Below are positions 1-13,829 of a stretch of DNA of 64,000 bases, in pieces. The translations under genes were made by a program, and so were the position numbers. Source of the stretch: Eledone cirrhosa (Eukaryota); NCBI GenBank assembly GCA_964016885.1, contig OZ024741.1, positions 203,050,001 to 203,114,000 on the forward strand, written 5' to 3'. The notes beneath the pieces are model-generated. The model did no database searches. It was not told the origin of the DNA and saw nothing but the letters and a program-made list of their open reading frames with translations. Positions within the stretch are counted from its first letter, which is position 1, and each line of letters opens with the position of its first letter.

Positions 1-1660
1 TTGATGAGGGATTGGCCGAAGAGAAAAGTATCTGTCTTCAGTCCTTTCAACCTCTTTCGCTACTGCCACCAGACAGAGGAAAATTGCCTTCCCTTCCTGG
101 CCAAAGGAAGGCGGCGGGTCGATCTTCACTATGGACTCGGCCGATAGCTGGATCCGTTCTACACGCGACAACAGCTGTTCGACATAACTCCACAAGTCAG
201 TAATGCATGGATACTGGACGAATGCGTGCAGAACGGTTTCGTCGCTCTGCGTGCATCTCGGGCAGGTCCGTCTGACAGCACTTCCGTGCCTGTAGAGTTG
301 ATCTCGAACCGGCAGTGCCCCCCCCCCCCCCTCCCCGGTAGCACTGCCAAGCGAGGGATTTTTGGAAATTATCCATCGTCCCCGGCTCGAAAGTCCTCCG
401 GAACAGACTGGTTAGTTCCACTTCGTCGACTCCCAGAGCCTCTCCGAGTGCGTCGTAGCACTCTCCCACCACTAATCCTCTATAGAACTCGAGTGTGGAA
501 GTTCCACTGACCGCATTTCCCGCCTGGTAGAGGGCAGTGAGTGCCTGGCAACATTCCAGATACCAGTCACCCAGTCTCGGTCTCTTCTTGACCCAGGACT
601 GCAGCTCAGTCAAAGAGACGAGCTGCGGAAAGACCCGTCTGACAAACGGCGACCACACCTGTTCACCGTTTAGGCAGAATATCTGGAGATGCCGCAGCCT
701 CAGCGCGTATCTGCGCATCATTAGCCACGGCATTCCCAGCCTTCCACGTAGAGGGTGCTGGCAGCAGATGGACCGCCTCACCAGCGGAACCTGACCCCTC
801 CACAAGAATTTGAAGAGGAGCCACTCCAAGATGGCGAGGCGCGAACGGGGGCAAAGGACGACAGTCAGACGGTAGCAGATGACGGACGCGATGTACGCGT
901 TCGCCACCTCCGCCCGACCTTTCAGTGATAGCTTCCTCCCAGCCCATATCAGGGTGAGACTGGCTAACCGCTCGTCACCTCGTCCCAATTCTTATCCACT
1001 TGGAGGTCTGGCCCGAACCAAACCCCGAACAACTTTACCAGCCCGTCCGTCCAGCGCCTAACGACGCTGTTGGACGGCATGGGCTTGCCTTTCCAGGTGC
1101 CGAGTTGCAAGCCCACCGACTTTTACGGGTTAAATTTTGCTCCCGTCAACCTTTCATATTCCTCCAATAAGTTGCCGAGCACCTCGATTTCTGAGGTGTT
1201 CGACACTATCACAGCGATGTCGTCTGCATAAGCCAACACAGCCTTTCCGCGTCCCGGTTCGAACCTGGATGCTCTGCAACAGCTCCAGCTTCCGCAGTAA
1301 AGGCTTGAGAGTTAATACGTGCAGAAGGGAGGAGAGAGGGCACCCTTGACGGACCGATCGGGAGACCTGAAACGGTTCCGAGAAGTGGTCATTAATTTTG
1401 ACCACCGAGCAGGTGCCACTGTGCATTGCAGCGATCCAGCTTCTGAACACGGGCCCGAAGCCAGCCGCCTTGAGGACAGCCTCCAGGTACCGATGGTCGA
1501 CCCTATCGAATGCTTTCGATTGATCTAAATTGATCAGAGCCCTACCGAAGCCAGGTTTACACCCTACCCTCTCTATGATGTATCGCATTAGGTGGAGGTT
1601 GTCGTGTATGGACCTATTTGGAATTGCGCAAGTTTGCGCCTCCCCAACCAAATCTCCGAC
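1..1660 (-). mobile_element. Tx1/L1-clade non-LTR retrotransposon remnant (RT and C-terminal zinc-finger region), frameshifted
   Basis: ORF 1154..1651 has RT motifs 'NLDQSKAFDRVDHRYL' and 'SVRQGCPLS'. ORF 197..988 has 'WAGRKLSLKGRAEVAN' and 'GRLGMP', typical of the L1/Tx1 post-RT region. Same family as 9.05-11.89 kb. Confidence 0.9.
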
Positions 1661-2639
1661 GATATTGTAAAAAGGGTGCCGATGGCGTCAGTTGATACCT
1701 CAAATAATATGAGAAAGAAGTAAAGGTCCCTACGTCTCCAGCTGCATCTATGTTACATGTTCAGAACATTTCCCCCAAGAGTTACATCATTTCTATTCTA
1801 CAATATCGCCGAAGAAAAAATTTAAAATAGAAAGTGACTCAAATGTACTTTAGATCTATTTATGAAGAAGAAATGAAGGAAAAATTCTTAACATTTGATG
1901 GAGTCGTAGCGGCACCGTCCTGATATATGGCATCTCTTGGGTATTTAAAACTGAAAGATTCCATCTCTCTCTAGGTTTGAATACAGCCGATCTCTACCAG
2001 AGAAGGATAGCGAGACAAAGTAATAGAGATAAAGGCGGGACCCAGTACAGAACTGGATGAAAGGTAAAGTTGATCTCGTCGTGAGTTACTCAGAGCGCAG
2101 TGAACCGGAACAAATACCGAAGTATTTAATTCAACGCCTCTAACAACTCTGCCGATTCACCATTTACGTATTTGTTTGAAACGTGAGTACAATTTAATGT
2201 ACGTACAATGTACTATTATGGAACAAAAATTCCCCCTTCCCACTCCTGAAAATAAGATTTAAAAATAATTATAACAAATAGTAATAATGTTCTATTTAAA
2301 ATTTTTTTTTCCGCATAATCAGAAATAAAAAAAATCGAACCTTACACTACCCTCATGCTGTGTTTACAACATAGGGGATCAGAAATAATGTAACCCTTTA
2401 GCATTTACATTACTCTATATTTACTATTATATTTTAAAAATTATTGTCTCATATATCGATTCTATAAGATTTTGATATTATATATTTTGAGAACAATACC
2501 TTAAAATCAGTATGAGTGGCCGGTTACAGCCGGTTTGAATAGAAAGAGATGAGAGAATTCTGGCCGGATACGGCCGGTTTAAATGCTAAAGAATTAAAGA
2601 ATATTTTGATTTCATTTTAACTGTCTATGCAGGAAGATT

Positions 2640-3135
2640 TAAAATTGAAGCCTGTCCCAAGCCATAAGCCTCACAGGCTTGAGCTTATCCCGGTTTAATC
2701 AAAGTTAACATAACTGGGAGTACAAGACTCTCTGGTTATGACGCAGTTCATCGCAAATTTAAGGTATGTCCCAAACCAGAAGCTCATCAGGTCACAGCTT
2801 ATCCTAGTTTCATTAAAGTTTACATGATTGTCAGTACAAGAATCTCTCTGAGACAGGACCTAGTCCACCGTAGAGTTGAAGGCTGTCCCAAACTCGGGAT
2901 CATCAGGCTGGGGCTTATCCCGTTTTCATTCGTGTTAAGCAGCTGACAATACCAGGCTCTATCTTGGACAGGGCGCCGGTTCTTTCATGGTTAACTCCGA
3001 GTTACTACTGCGGGTATTCATTTTTTAAGCTGAGTGGACTGAAGCAACGTGAAGTAAAGTGTCTTGCTCAAGGGCAAGGCACGAAACTCACGATCTTGAG
3101 TCGAACATTCTAACCAATATGCCACGCGTCTTCAC
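2640..3135 (-). repeat. Three degenerate ~115-bp tandem units next to a tRNA-derived SINE head
   Basis: 'tgtcccaa...gcttatcc' recurs at about 2654, 2767 and 2884. 3020-3135 contains the reverse complement of 'ccttgagcaagacactttact' (CORE-like SINE domain). Confidence 0.55.
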
Positions 3136-3670
3136 GATCAATTGAATAAATAAACATTTTATCAACTAGCGTCAGTAATATTTCTTTAATTTTGTTTTGT
3201 GTAATGAATTTTGTTTTCAAGATAATTTTGTCTTATTTTCAGGGTGTTATTTGCTACCAATAATTCTCAACCAACCACTCCCCTCTCCATAAAAGATTAT
3301 TTTACTAAATGATCTACTGCTAGTAAAACTTAAGACATAAATTCTAATTATGTTGGAACTAACGAATTCTTAAATCCGCCGATTAAACCTTAACCTATTT
3401 CTTATGATTAAGTTTCTTCGGATTTTTCTTAAATATAGTCCCTTATTCCCCATCCATCTAACACCTGCGTTGCTGAAGTATCAAGTATGCGTATTTTATG
3501 CTAGGTACTCTGTCTGTGAGGCCTAGCCTTTGTTGGGGTAGGATTCGACATATGAGAGAATCAACACTGCTCGGCGATAACATGAACGGTACGAGTGTCC
3601 CATAAAAATGAGGTCAACAGGGCGAAGCTAGATACTTATTTTGTCGTCTACTTATTTTCACTTCACATTC

Positions 3671-3724
<54 letters not shown>

Positions 3725-3870
3725 CGCCCACACTATACTTACATATATACATACATGCATATATATATATATATGCACCGCCCACACTATACTTACATAC
3801 ATACATGCATATATATATATATATTTATATATATATATATATACATACACACACACAGAGACACACACTC

Positions 3871-3901
<31 letters not shown>

Positions 3902-4212
3902 AAGCTCTTGAAACTCTTGTAAAACTTGAAAGGGAATTCGAAACGTCTGATCTCTGGAGGTTTAACGTCACTCAGTCAAGGCAGGGGGTCGCCCACTTCT
4001 TTTGTTTCGCTTCTTCAATGTCTTCAAACGTTAGCTAACACAAGTAAGGTTACCGTGACGTAACAGCAGATCACTGCAGAAATAAAACAACAAAACAACG
4101 AACAAGAGGGATCTTTTGTGATGTTAAATGAAAAGTAAAGAAACATACAAGATAGGAGTTTTCTTATTGCTGAATTTTTTTTCTTTAATTTATCAAGAAA
4201 ATATATATAGGA

Positions 4213-4830
4213 TAGTGGATTGGCAGAATGGTTAGAGTCGAACAAAATGTCTCACAGTAATGTAGTTATGAGTTTAAAACCTGTTGAATTCAACTTTACC
4301 ATTCAGTCTTCCAGAATAGATAAAATATAGTCAAGTTAATATGCAATGGTCAATTTAATCGATTTCTTTATTCTGCACAAATTGCTGGTCCTGTGCCTAA
4401 ATTAGAAGCCATTATTAAGGACGGTAACTCTATGCAGCATCGGACAACATGCTTCGCGACATAGAGTTACGGCCCTTTACGTTCTGAGTTCAAATCCCGC
4501 CTTTCATCCTTATGGGGTCGATAAATAAAGCACTAGTAATGAACTGGGGTAGAATTAATCGAGTTTTCCCTCCCCCCAAAATTGCTGGCCTTGTGCCTAA
4601 AATAGAAACAATTATTAAGGACGGTGGATTGGCAGTGTTGATAGAGCGTCGGACACCATGCTTTGCGGTATATAATTACATCCATTTATGTTCTGAGTTC
4701 AAATCCCGCCGGTGTTAGCCTTGCCTTTCATCCTTACGGGGTCGATAATTTAGTACCAGTTTAGCACTGGAATCGATATAATCGACTTCCCCTCCCCCAA
4801 CAGAGTTTGTCTTGTGTCTAAATCATAATT
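4213..4830 (+). mobile_element. Three tandem copies of the dominant tRNA-derived SINE
   Basis: Repeated 'tggattggcag...gttctgagttcaaatcccgcc...cctttcatccttacggggtcgataa...ttgtgcctaaa...attatt'; B-box-like GAGTTCAAATCC. Confidence 0.85.
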
Positions 4831-5756
4831 AAGAGAATCTTCCAACATGTTATGTCTGTTAACATTGGTTTCTAATTTTGACACAAGACCATCAAATTTG
4901 AGCGAAGGGCAAAGTTGATTAAATTAATCTCAGTATTTGTCTGGTATTTTATTTCATCGATCCCAGAAGAACAAAAGGCAAAGTTTCCCTTGCCAGGGTT
5001 TGACCTGAGAATGTAAAGAGCCAGAAGAAACAGCCGATTGGCATTTACCCAACAATCTATCATTTCTGCCAATCCATCACAGTTCATACTTCTTAATACT
5101 GAATGTCTATAATATCGTTCTACATTAGCCTCAAGGACTCGAGCATGCAACCACTTGATTATTTTGGAAACTGACAATATTTCTGCTATAGAATTTTAAA
5201 TATGTATAAGTTATTTTTGCATGTTTATCATATCTTTTTAAATTCAGATGATCTCTTCTTTGATATAGTTATACCTACAGGCGGCGAATTGCCAGTTATT
5301 AGAACGTCGGATCAAATGGCTTTGTCTTTGTTCCGGCTCATCTTAGCTATCATTAATGCTTTTTTTTTTATATAAAAGAAATTATTCTACTGGCTTAAAT
5401 GTGCTTCATCATAATCCATCACTGCATGGATGTATGAAGTTAAGAAATCATTTCGAGTTCGATTCCACTACACAGAATCTTGGGTAATCTTCTATCAAAA
5501 TGTTTATTTTATTTATCTGTCAGTGTGAAAAATAACTACATCATATTACTCAGAAGAGCACCGTTCGTCACAAACACCACAGTCCATGTCTTTTCTTTTG
5601 TAAAAGAGATCCTAACCTCGAAATATAATAGAATATAAAATAAAAGTGTAAACTGTTATTTTGTTTTTCTTACTTTATTCTAATTTTCACTCTTGTATTT
5701 CTAACTTGCTTTTTATCGTCTTTCTCAAACCATTCGTAACCACATATCTTGCAATG

Positions 5757-5887
<131 letters not shown>

Positions 5888-6516
5888 CGTATATATATAT
5901 ATATACGTATGTCAGGTCACCAGTTGGTGCTACTGGTAACATGTATCCCAGTACAACCTGTCTCATGGTCGGGTCGTTGGCGACTAAACTGGCAACCCCA
6001 CCAAGGTTTCTTGGTGAGGAGGGTGACTTTGGACATCCTGAAGGACTAAAAACAAAACCTGTCAAAGGGCAAAGGAGCTCTTAATAGTCAATGGCCATCC
6101 AAAATCACCGGGAGAGATGACCCCTTAGCCTTTGTCAATGCAGAATTCTAGGAGAAGGAAAACTCTGATATAATACCTGCAACTCTGATGGTATCCAATG
6201 ATGTTGACTTGTTCTTCTTTTTGGTAAATATCATCTTGGTTAAGAGAGTGGGACTGGCTTTGTGCAGTGCCTTTGCTCACTATAAAAGCTTCACGGCACA
6301 GGCATTGCTTTATATCTGGAGATCTCTCTGCACTTGTCATCACATGGTACCAAGGGCCCAGCACTATGTGTCAATAATTGTCACAAGTGTAGTGTTTGTA
6401 CCAGAGTTTTCAAGTTGCTGGCTGGACTAAAATGTCACACTTGTTCAGCGCATCGGTAGGCGTTCTCCTACATGGATATAACGTAGTGGCCGTACTCGAA
6501 AACGAGTTGGCAGCCA

Positions 6517-6551
<35 letters not shown>

Positions 6552-6872
6552 AAAAATGGAGTGCTGCGTGGTTGCACATGGGTTACATATGAATAAAATT
6601 AGTCCTTCATCAGTGATCTTCCAACCTTCATTGGTATTTCATCGCTTTAAAAATCATATACCTCTGGTTGGTGCGAGCAATAACTAAATAAAGTTATTGG
6701 GACAAGTAAAATAGGGTGAAGCGAGCGAGACATGTAAAGAAACAAAGATGGTATTGCAACGGAAAGATAGGAAGAGACAAGTACATGATATCTATAAGCT
6801 TAAGCTTGGTGAAATCATGGACGAAAAAGACTCCAGTTGCATTTTCGATTACTTTTCCTTATATATATATAT

Positions 6873-7130
6873 AAGGAAAAGGAATAGAAAATGCACTGGA
6901 GTCTTTTTAAGAATTTTTATTTATTTCCTTTACCAGCTTCACAGTTCTTATGCTTTTCAAAAGTAGAATTGAGATGGAGGGTTTAGGGCCTTTCTCGCAT
7001 CCGTAAGAAAAACCACAACACCTCCATCTCAATTCCTCGTTTGAAACGCATAAGAACTGTGAAACCGGTAAAGGAAATAAATAAATATTCTTAAAAAGAT
7101 TCCAGTTACATTTTTGATTTCTTTTCCTAA
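6873..7130 (+). mobile_element. PLE-type inverted-tail cassette (U3-A8 HHR family)
   Basis: About 105-bp inverted arms (6873-6980 and 7021-7130), each with a decayed TTGAAAA-gca..tgt-GAAACCGGTA motif. Flanked by (TA)n. Confidence 0.75.
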
Positions 7131-7186
7131 TACTTACTTTCATCCGTGTAGGAGATCTCGTTTATTATTACCCCCCTCCCCATTTT

Positions 7187-7252
<66 letters not shown>

Positions 7253-7708
7253 TCACTCTCGATTTCTAACTTGCATTGTATCAGGTTTTCTCAGACAATC
7301 CTAACTATAAAATTATATACATTTATATAGCATTCTGGAATATATCTTGCTTGATGGGGTATTGCTGTGTGTTGAGATTTACTTACATTATTCGCTATAA
7401 ATAAAGATGAAACTTTATTGAGTCATATAAATGTCTTGCAGTCGAGATAAATATGCCTTTGTAGCTGTAAGTCGATATATATATACAATTAAGTTAGAGA
7501 TGTACATCCATATATGTATACTGAAATACTAGTATGTATATGAATACACACACGTATACATATGTAGATGTACCAAGTTTTTTCACTGGTCACTTTACTG
7601 TGAGTGGCCAGCTATTCTGTATGTAAACACACAGACAAACCGGTTTTTAGAGTCATACTGGTTTTTGAGGAAACACCTTTCCTCTATTCTCCAGAAAGCC
7701 AGACAAGG

Positions 7709-7753
7709 AATATTGAACTAGTTTCGTTGTTGTTACAACTCATCAGCAATATT
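7709..7753 (-). ncRNA. Minimal type-I hammerhead ribozyme
   Basis: Minus strand reads AATATTG CTGATGA GTTGT-AACA-ACAAC GAAAC TA GTT CAATATT: 7-bp stem I, 5-bp stem II, palindromic stem III, GUU site. Confidence 0.9.
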
Positions 7754-8175
7754 TACCTATCTTCCGGCCTCTCTAGAGAATCGTAAGAGCACATATCGTT
7801 ATATGCTTTTTCTATGAAAATTAGTAGTGGGCAGACTAATTTGCATAGAGTGTGAGTAAGTACCGGTTCAACGGAGACGATAAAAACAAATAACGAAACG
7901 AAATTAAATTTCGTTTCGTTTGTAACTCACTTTTGTATGACTGACGCTTAAACAATTAAGTTAAAGATGTACATCCATATATGTATACTGAAATACTAGT
8001 ATGTATATGAATACACACACGTATACATATGTAGATGTACCAAGTTTTTTCACTGGTCACTTTACTGTGAGTGGCCAGCTATTCTGTATGTAAACACACA
8101 GACAAACCGGTTTTTAGAGTCATACTGGTTTTTGAGGAAACACCTTTCCTCTATTCTCCAGAAAGCCAGACAAGG

Positions 8176-8220
8176 AATATTGAACTAGTTTCGTTGTTGT
8201 TACAACTCATCAGCAATATT
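8176..8220 (-). ncRNA. Minimal type-I hammerhead ribozyme (identical second copy)
   Basis: Identical to 7709-7753, 467 bp away. Confidence 0.9.
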
Positions 8221-8334
8221 TACCTATCTTCCGGCCTCTCTAGATGTACATCTTTAACTTAATTGTTTAAGCGTCAGTCATACAAAAGTGAGTTACAAAC
8301 GAAACGAAATTTAATTTCGTTTCGTTATTTGATT

Positions 8335-8372
<38 letters not shown>

Positions 8373-8514
8373 CTGTAAGTCGAGATAAATATGACATTGT
8401 AGCTGTAAGTCGAGATATGTTGTGTAGACGTAAGTCGAGATATAAATGAAAGACTTGAATAGTGTCGGTTATTTAAAACAGATTACTCTACTGTTGAAAG
8501 AGAATGTGCTCTGA

Positions 8515-8930
8515 GCTCCGTCGCTTCCGACGATGAGGGTTCAACGGAGGAGCCTGATCGTGAAACAGACATGCAAGTGGTTGAGCATTTCACAAACGCG
8601 CGTACGCTTAACATAGTTCTCTGGGTGATTCAGCGTGACTGTGTATAACAAGGGTTGCTTTTTGAAATACAGACTCAGTCCATCTTGTAAGTGACTGAGC
8701 ATTCGAGAGACACAGGTACTCTTAACGTAGTTCTGATTTCGATTTAGTGTGACACAGTGTGTGACATGGCTAAATCTTTTTTTGAATCAATTACCGGTAC
8801 AACTCATTGTTTTCATCTGAGTGGACTCGAACAATTCGAAATAAAGTGTTTTGCTTCGGGACACAACGCGCTGCAGGGAATCGAACTCACAACTTACGAT
8901 TGTAAGCCAAATATCCTAATGACGAATCTA
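8515..8930 (-). mobile_element. tRNA-derived SINE with CORE-like domain
   Basis: Reverse complement reads 'gttgtgagttcgattccc...gtgtcccgaagcaaaacactttatttc'. Related copies at about 21275-21500, 30690-30812 and 31215-31505. Confidence 0.7.
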
Positions 8931-9049
8931 CAGAAATAATAGATATAATCTGCATAAATTTGTATTTTCTCTTATCTACTTTTGAGCTGATGACACTTCG
9001 TGCTGCACTTCTTTGAAGAGATCACGTTCACATATACATAATTGTCTCA

Positions 9050-11890
9050 ATACATAATTTTCTTCTGTCTTTTCCCTAAGAAAAATCCCGGACCACATCT
9101 GTCTCCAAAACTCTGCAAGTAATGGTCGAGGGCCGCACTGTTTCGTCTGCAGCGAAACATCGCATTTGTGAGCCTTCTGTCCTCAGCTAAAAAATGCAAG
9201 GGATCGCAAGCCTCCATAGCTGCCGACGCAGGGGCGGGGACCACCACCAGCACCGGCAACACTTCCAGCAACAATACCAGCCGAAACGCCACCACCAACT
9301 TTGGCCATCCAGGAGGGAAAACGAGGAAAAGTCTCCCATTCCCCCTCCCACCCAAAATATACACATTGGCACAAACACACTTACAGATACAGTAGCGAAG
9401 ACGAGGGAAAACCTAAAGCCAAAAGAAAGAGAACACAAAAACAGAAGGCACACAAAAAAACACCCACATATCACACCCACACCCACAACAGAAAATGCAG
9501 ACACCACACACACAACAAACACTTCCATAACAACACCAACTCCACCATCTCCACCACCACCACCACCACAATTCTCCAATCACAAACAAACACATAAACA
9601 CAAGAACAAAATAAAACACACAACATTCTGCTATTAAGAAGGGAGGTGGGATGGCAGTACTGTTTAGGAAGGGCCTGGATCTCGAGGTAAAGTCAATTTT
9701 CCGGGACCCAGACGGTCTTTGGTGATCCTGGACGTGAACAATAGCGAAGGTAATGCCGTTAAATGGGTGGCAGTCTGCGCCATAACTGGGGTCGGACGGC
9801 CATACTCCTTTTGCACCTTGGAAGCCTTTCTGGGTATGCCTCGCCCTTTACTGTTAGCAGGGCACTAGAACGGCATCTTAGACGCACGTTGGGATTGCGT
9901 GGGAGTAGCTGATAGGAGCGGAGGATGCAAAAGCCTCAAATACGTGATCAGCCAGTTCCAACTATCTGATAGATACTGACTAGATTTCCCTAATGCGCCA
10001 GTTTGGACCTGGACCAACCACATAGAGTCATCTAGATCGTATATAGATGGTTATTTTTATCGAGTCAATAGTATAGGTTATCCACACTTTCAAACGGTCC
10101 CCTATTCAGATCACAAGCTTATGATCTGTATGAAGGACCTAGATAAGACACGAAGGTTAGGATCTGGTTACTGAACATGTCGTTTCCGGTACGTAAGGCT
10201 TACAAGGACCGGGTCAACAATTTAGTTAAGTTGACAATGGGGTGAGTCGTCAACAACAGGTAGTGGGGGCTCTTAAAAGAGAGATAAGAGTAATGTCAAT
10301 AAATTTTCGCAAAGGAATAGTGTTAGCGAAAATTAGAAAGGAGGGGGAGCTGGTAGCTAAATTAGATAAGGCCATTTGTAGCGGCATTGCAACGGACTTG
10401 CTCGCGGCGAAAATGGATATTAGACAATTTCTTCAATGTGAAACTCGAAGGTTGCATTGTCAGAGCCAAGGCGCGTGCTCTAAGAATAAAACCACAATTC
10501 GGTCTTTGGCGGACCAAAAACAAACGCGAGCTGAACGATTCTAGGAAAATGTGCGAGGCCTTTCCTCGGCTATTCGAGAGGAGCGGGGGGTGACAGAGAC
10601 GAAGGCGGATTTCAATCCCTACCTCGACGGCCTTCCGTGTCTTTCGCCAGCCGATGCTGAGCACTGTGAAAGGCCGACACCTTCAACCGAGATTCGTGAT
10701 GTCCTAGTCGGCTCCACGAGGTGCAAGTCACCCGATTTGGATGGTCTACCCTAAGAGCTTTACGTAGATATAGCAGACTTCTTCTCCGATTTCCTCGAAG
10801 CACTCTATTACAACTGGAAGCAGAACGGGTGTATACCCAATCCTGTGAGCCGGAGCGTAGTGACGCTGTTAAAGAAAGACGAGAACAAGAGGATTACATT
10901 AGACAACATTAGACAACATTAGATAACTTTGCTAATCACAGGGTTTAAGATTTTGCTCAAGGTGTTAGCAAAGAAGTTGGTGCTTGTCGTCGAGGGTTTA
11001 GTAGGGAAGGCGCAAACTTGCGCAATCTCGACCAGATCTATAGACGGCAACCTTCACCTCATGCGATACAGCATAGTGAGGGTAGGGTGTAAACCTAGCT
11101 TTGGTCGGGCTCTGATTAATTTAGACGAACCGAAAGCTTTCGATAGGGTTGACTATCGATATCTGGAGGCTGTCCTTAAGGCTTGGAGGACTTTCGAACC
11201 AAGCACTATGGATAACTTTAAGAAATCCCTCGCTTGGCAGAGCTACCGGGGGACACTGCCGGTTAGAAATAAACTCTACAGGCACGGAAGTGCTGTGAGA
11301 CGGACCTGTCCGAGATGCGCACAGAGAGAGGAAAGCGTTCTGCACGCACTCGTCCAGTGTCCACACATTACTGACTCGTGGAGTTATGTCGCTGTTGTCG
11401 CGTGTAGGACGGATTCAGCTATCGGCCGAGTCCATAGTGAAGATCGCTCCACCGCTTTCTTTTGGCCAGGAAGGGCAGCCAGTGTTCCTCTGTCTGGTGG
11501 CGGTAGCGAAAGAAGTTAAGTGGTGGACCAGGCTGAAAGGATTGAAGATAGATATTTTTCTCTTCGGCCAATCCCTCATCAACTTTTCAAGTTTCACTTG
11601 GAAAGAAGGTGGGTGAATGTGCCGAGGATTGCCCTTGTAAATGGGCCTACTCTTAGCATGCGCTTATTGGCTGGTTAGTTTGAGGAGGAAAGGGGTGCCC
11701 TTCCTGGGGCCCTTCGAAGCGTCGGGTGGTTCAGTATTGGTGGGGTACCTGAGTCGCACCGGAGGTTCGCCTCTCTATTGGGAAATTCATTTTGTAATCT
11801 TTATTGTTGTTTTTGATAATTTGCTCTTTACTCGATTTTATTGTAAACCCCCACTGCCCCTATATGTCGACCCTTGTGGCCAATAAATGT
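9050..11890 (+). mobile_element. Tx1/L1-clade LINE remnant: ORF1 zinc knuckle, APE endonuclease, RT with internal deletion, 3' end
   Basis: 'CFVCSETSHL*AFCP'-like knuckle at about 9140-9183. APE motifs 'WTWTN..SRSYID' and 'PYSDHKL' at about 10000-10120. 'KSPDLDGLP', 'KAFDRVDYRYL' and 'CPRC...ESVLHALVQC'. AATAAA at about 11882. Confidence 0.88.
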
Positions 11891-11899
11891 TATAAAAAG

Positions 11900-12085
11900 C
11901 ACCGGAAAACATGCTTCGTGGCATAGTTACGGCACTTTACGTTTTCAGTTCAAATCCCGCCGAGCGTAGCTTTGCCTTTCATCCTTACGGAGTAGATAAA
12001 ATGAAGTACCAGTCATGCACTGGGTCGATTTAATCGGCTTTCCCTTTCTCTTCAAATTGCTGGCCTTGTGCCTAAATCAAAAATA
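11900..12085 (+). mobile_element. Dominant SINE family copy
   Basis: 'gttcaaatcccgccgag...cctttcatccttacgg...ggccttgtgcctaaatc'. Confidence 0.85.
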
Positions 12086-13829
12086 ATAATAATTATTATT
12101 ATTATTTACACACACAGACACACACACACACACACACACACTGTCACACACACACACACATGAACCACTGAAAAAGTTATAAAATCTTTGACCTCCCAAA
12201 TGCGCAATGATGACGTCATGGCGTACAATGTAACCCGGCGCACTGAATCCTATTTCCTGCAATAATCTCTATATTTTCCAGACTACTGATGAAAATAAGT
12301 TCAGCAGTAACTATTGCCTGTCATCTCCATTCCTTTGCCTTTTCTCAACGGATTCTTTTACAACTTTATCTCTCGCATGTTTACAAATATTTCTCGTTTT
12401 TTTTCCACGACTCCCTTTAGTAAGTTTGCAGTCTTAACATTCAGTGTCAAATTATCGTATTTTTAAAGATTGTCAGCGTTGCATTTTTAAAAGTCACATT
12501 TTGCTTTCTTTCCACACCCTTAAACACAAGAATATTTCTGTAAATATACCAAAAACTAGGTTTTACAGAGGCAGATTAATACGATTTTTTCTTACTGAAT
12601 TTTTACATTCTTCAACGAAACCTTTCGTCTGCTTTAATAGTTAACCAGAATAACATGTAACATTGAACACATCTATTTTAAGGAGTGTTTGGGGATATTT
12701 TATAACTTGCTGCTTAAAATCTAGTATTACCAAGTCTCTCTGAAGTACACGGAACGTTTCGCTCATCAATTTCATGTAGAACAAAACTTTTATCTAACTT
12801 CAAATTATACTCTGGTTAATAATACGTTTTCAGATAAAACTAAACTGTTTTATTATATATATATATGTAAATTTACCTCGTGCCAAGACATGTATCGTTC
12901 ATCATTTTGTTGTTCATCAACATTTGCATTAAATAATCTATATATCAAGGCAATGCTCTGCCATAGCTGCAGTCTGATGACTGAAACGAGTACAAGAAAT
13001 GCCCCAACTTGGTCTCAACCAACTAACTCATATCAGTAAAAGAACAAAAGAATAAGAGAATTCTATTCTCCGTTACATTTCAATGATTGTCTTGCTTTTG
13101 GCTGTTTTCGGCAGACTTATTAGGATAACTTCAGAGCAAATACTGAGTTCAAATCATGAACTGCGATACGAATCTTACTGTGTCAATTTTCGATATCTCG
13201 GAAACACCCTGGGGGAAATAGTCATAGTTTATTGCACCACACCAAACCATTAAAAGAAAAGATACAAATTAATTCGAACCTAGTTCAGTGATTGACTTTA
13301 AAACGTATATTATTTCTCGAGTGATGTGATGTTATAGACAAGTAGACAATCTAGCACAATAAATATTGTTTATATAAAAAGGATTGGCAGATTTGGTAGA
13401 GAGTTGAATAGAATATTTTGTAGTGTTTAGTTACAGTTGTTTACTTTCTGAGTTTAAATCTCACCGAAGCCAACATTGTGTTCCATCTTTTCGGGATTGA
13501 TAAAACAAGTACCAGTCAAATACTCGGACTGATTTAAGCAACTTCGTCTTTACCACCAATTTGTTGGCTTTTTGCCTAAATTAGAAATCTATGTGCAACG
13601 TGTTCTCTAGTCCACCAGAAAACACTTTACTGATTTCAGTCATTAGACTGCTGCCATGATGGGGAACCGCTATGAAGAGATTTAGTCTATCAAATCAATC
13701 CCAGTACTTATGTTTTCGATCTTGCTTTGACAATCCGCTATGTTACGGGATATAAACTCGGACCCAAAGGTAAGCATACAGACACATATATTTTATTTTT
13801 GTCTTAATTATTCATGTTTTGACAAACAC

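Larger units (their letters stand above)
7484..8335 (-). mobile_element. Retrozyme-like non-autonomous PLE derivative: 467-bp unit, partial tandem duplication, 5' inverted segment
   Basis: 7484-7776 is repeated at 7952-8243 (offset 467). 8243-8330 is the inverted copy of about 7888-7975. TA tracts lie at both ends. Confidence 0.85.
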
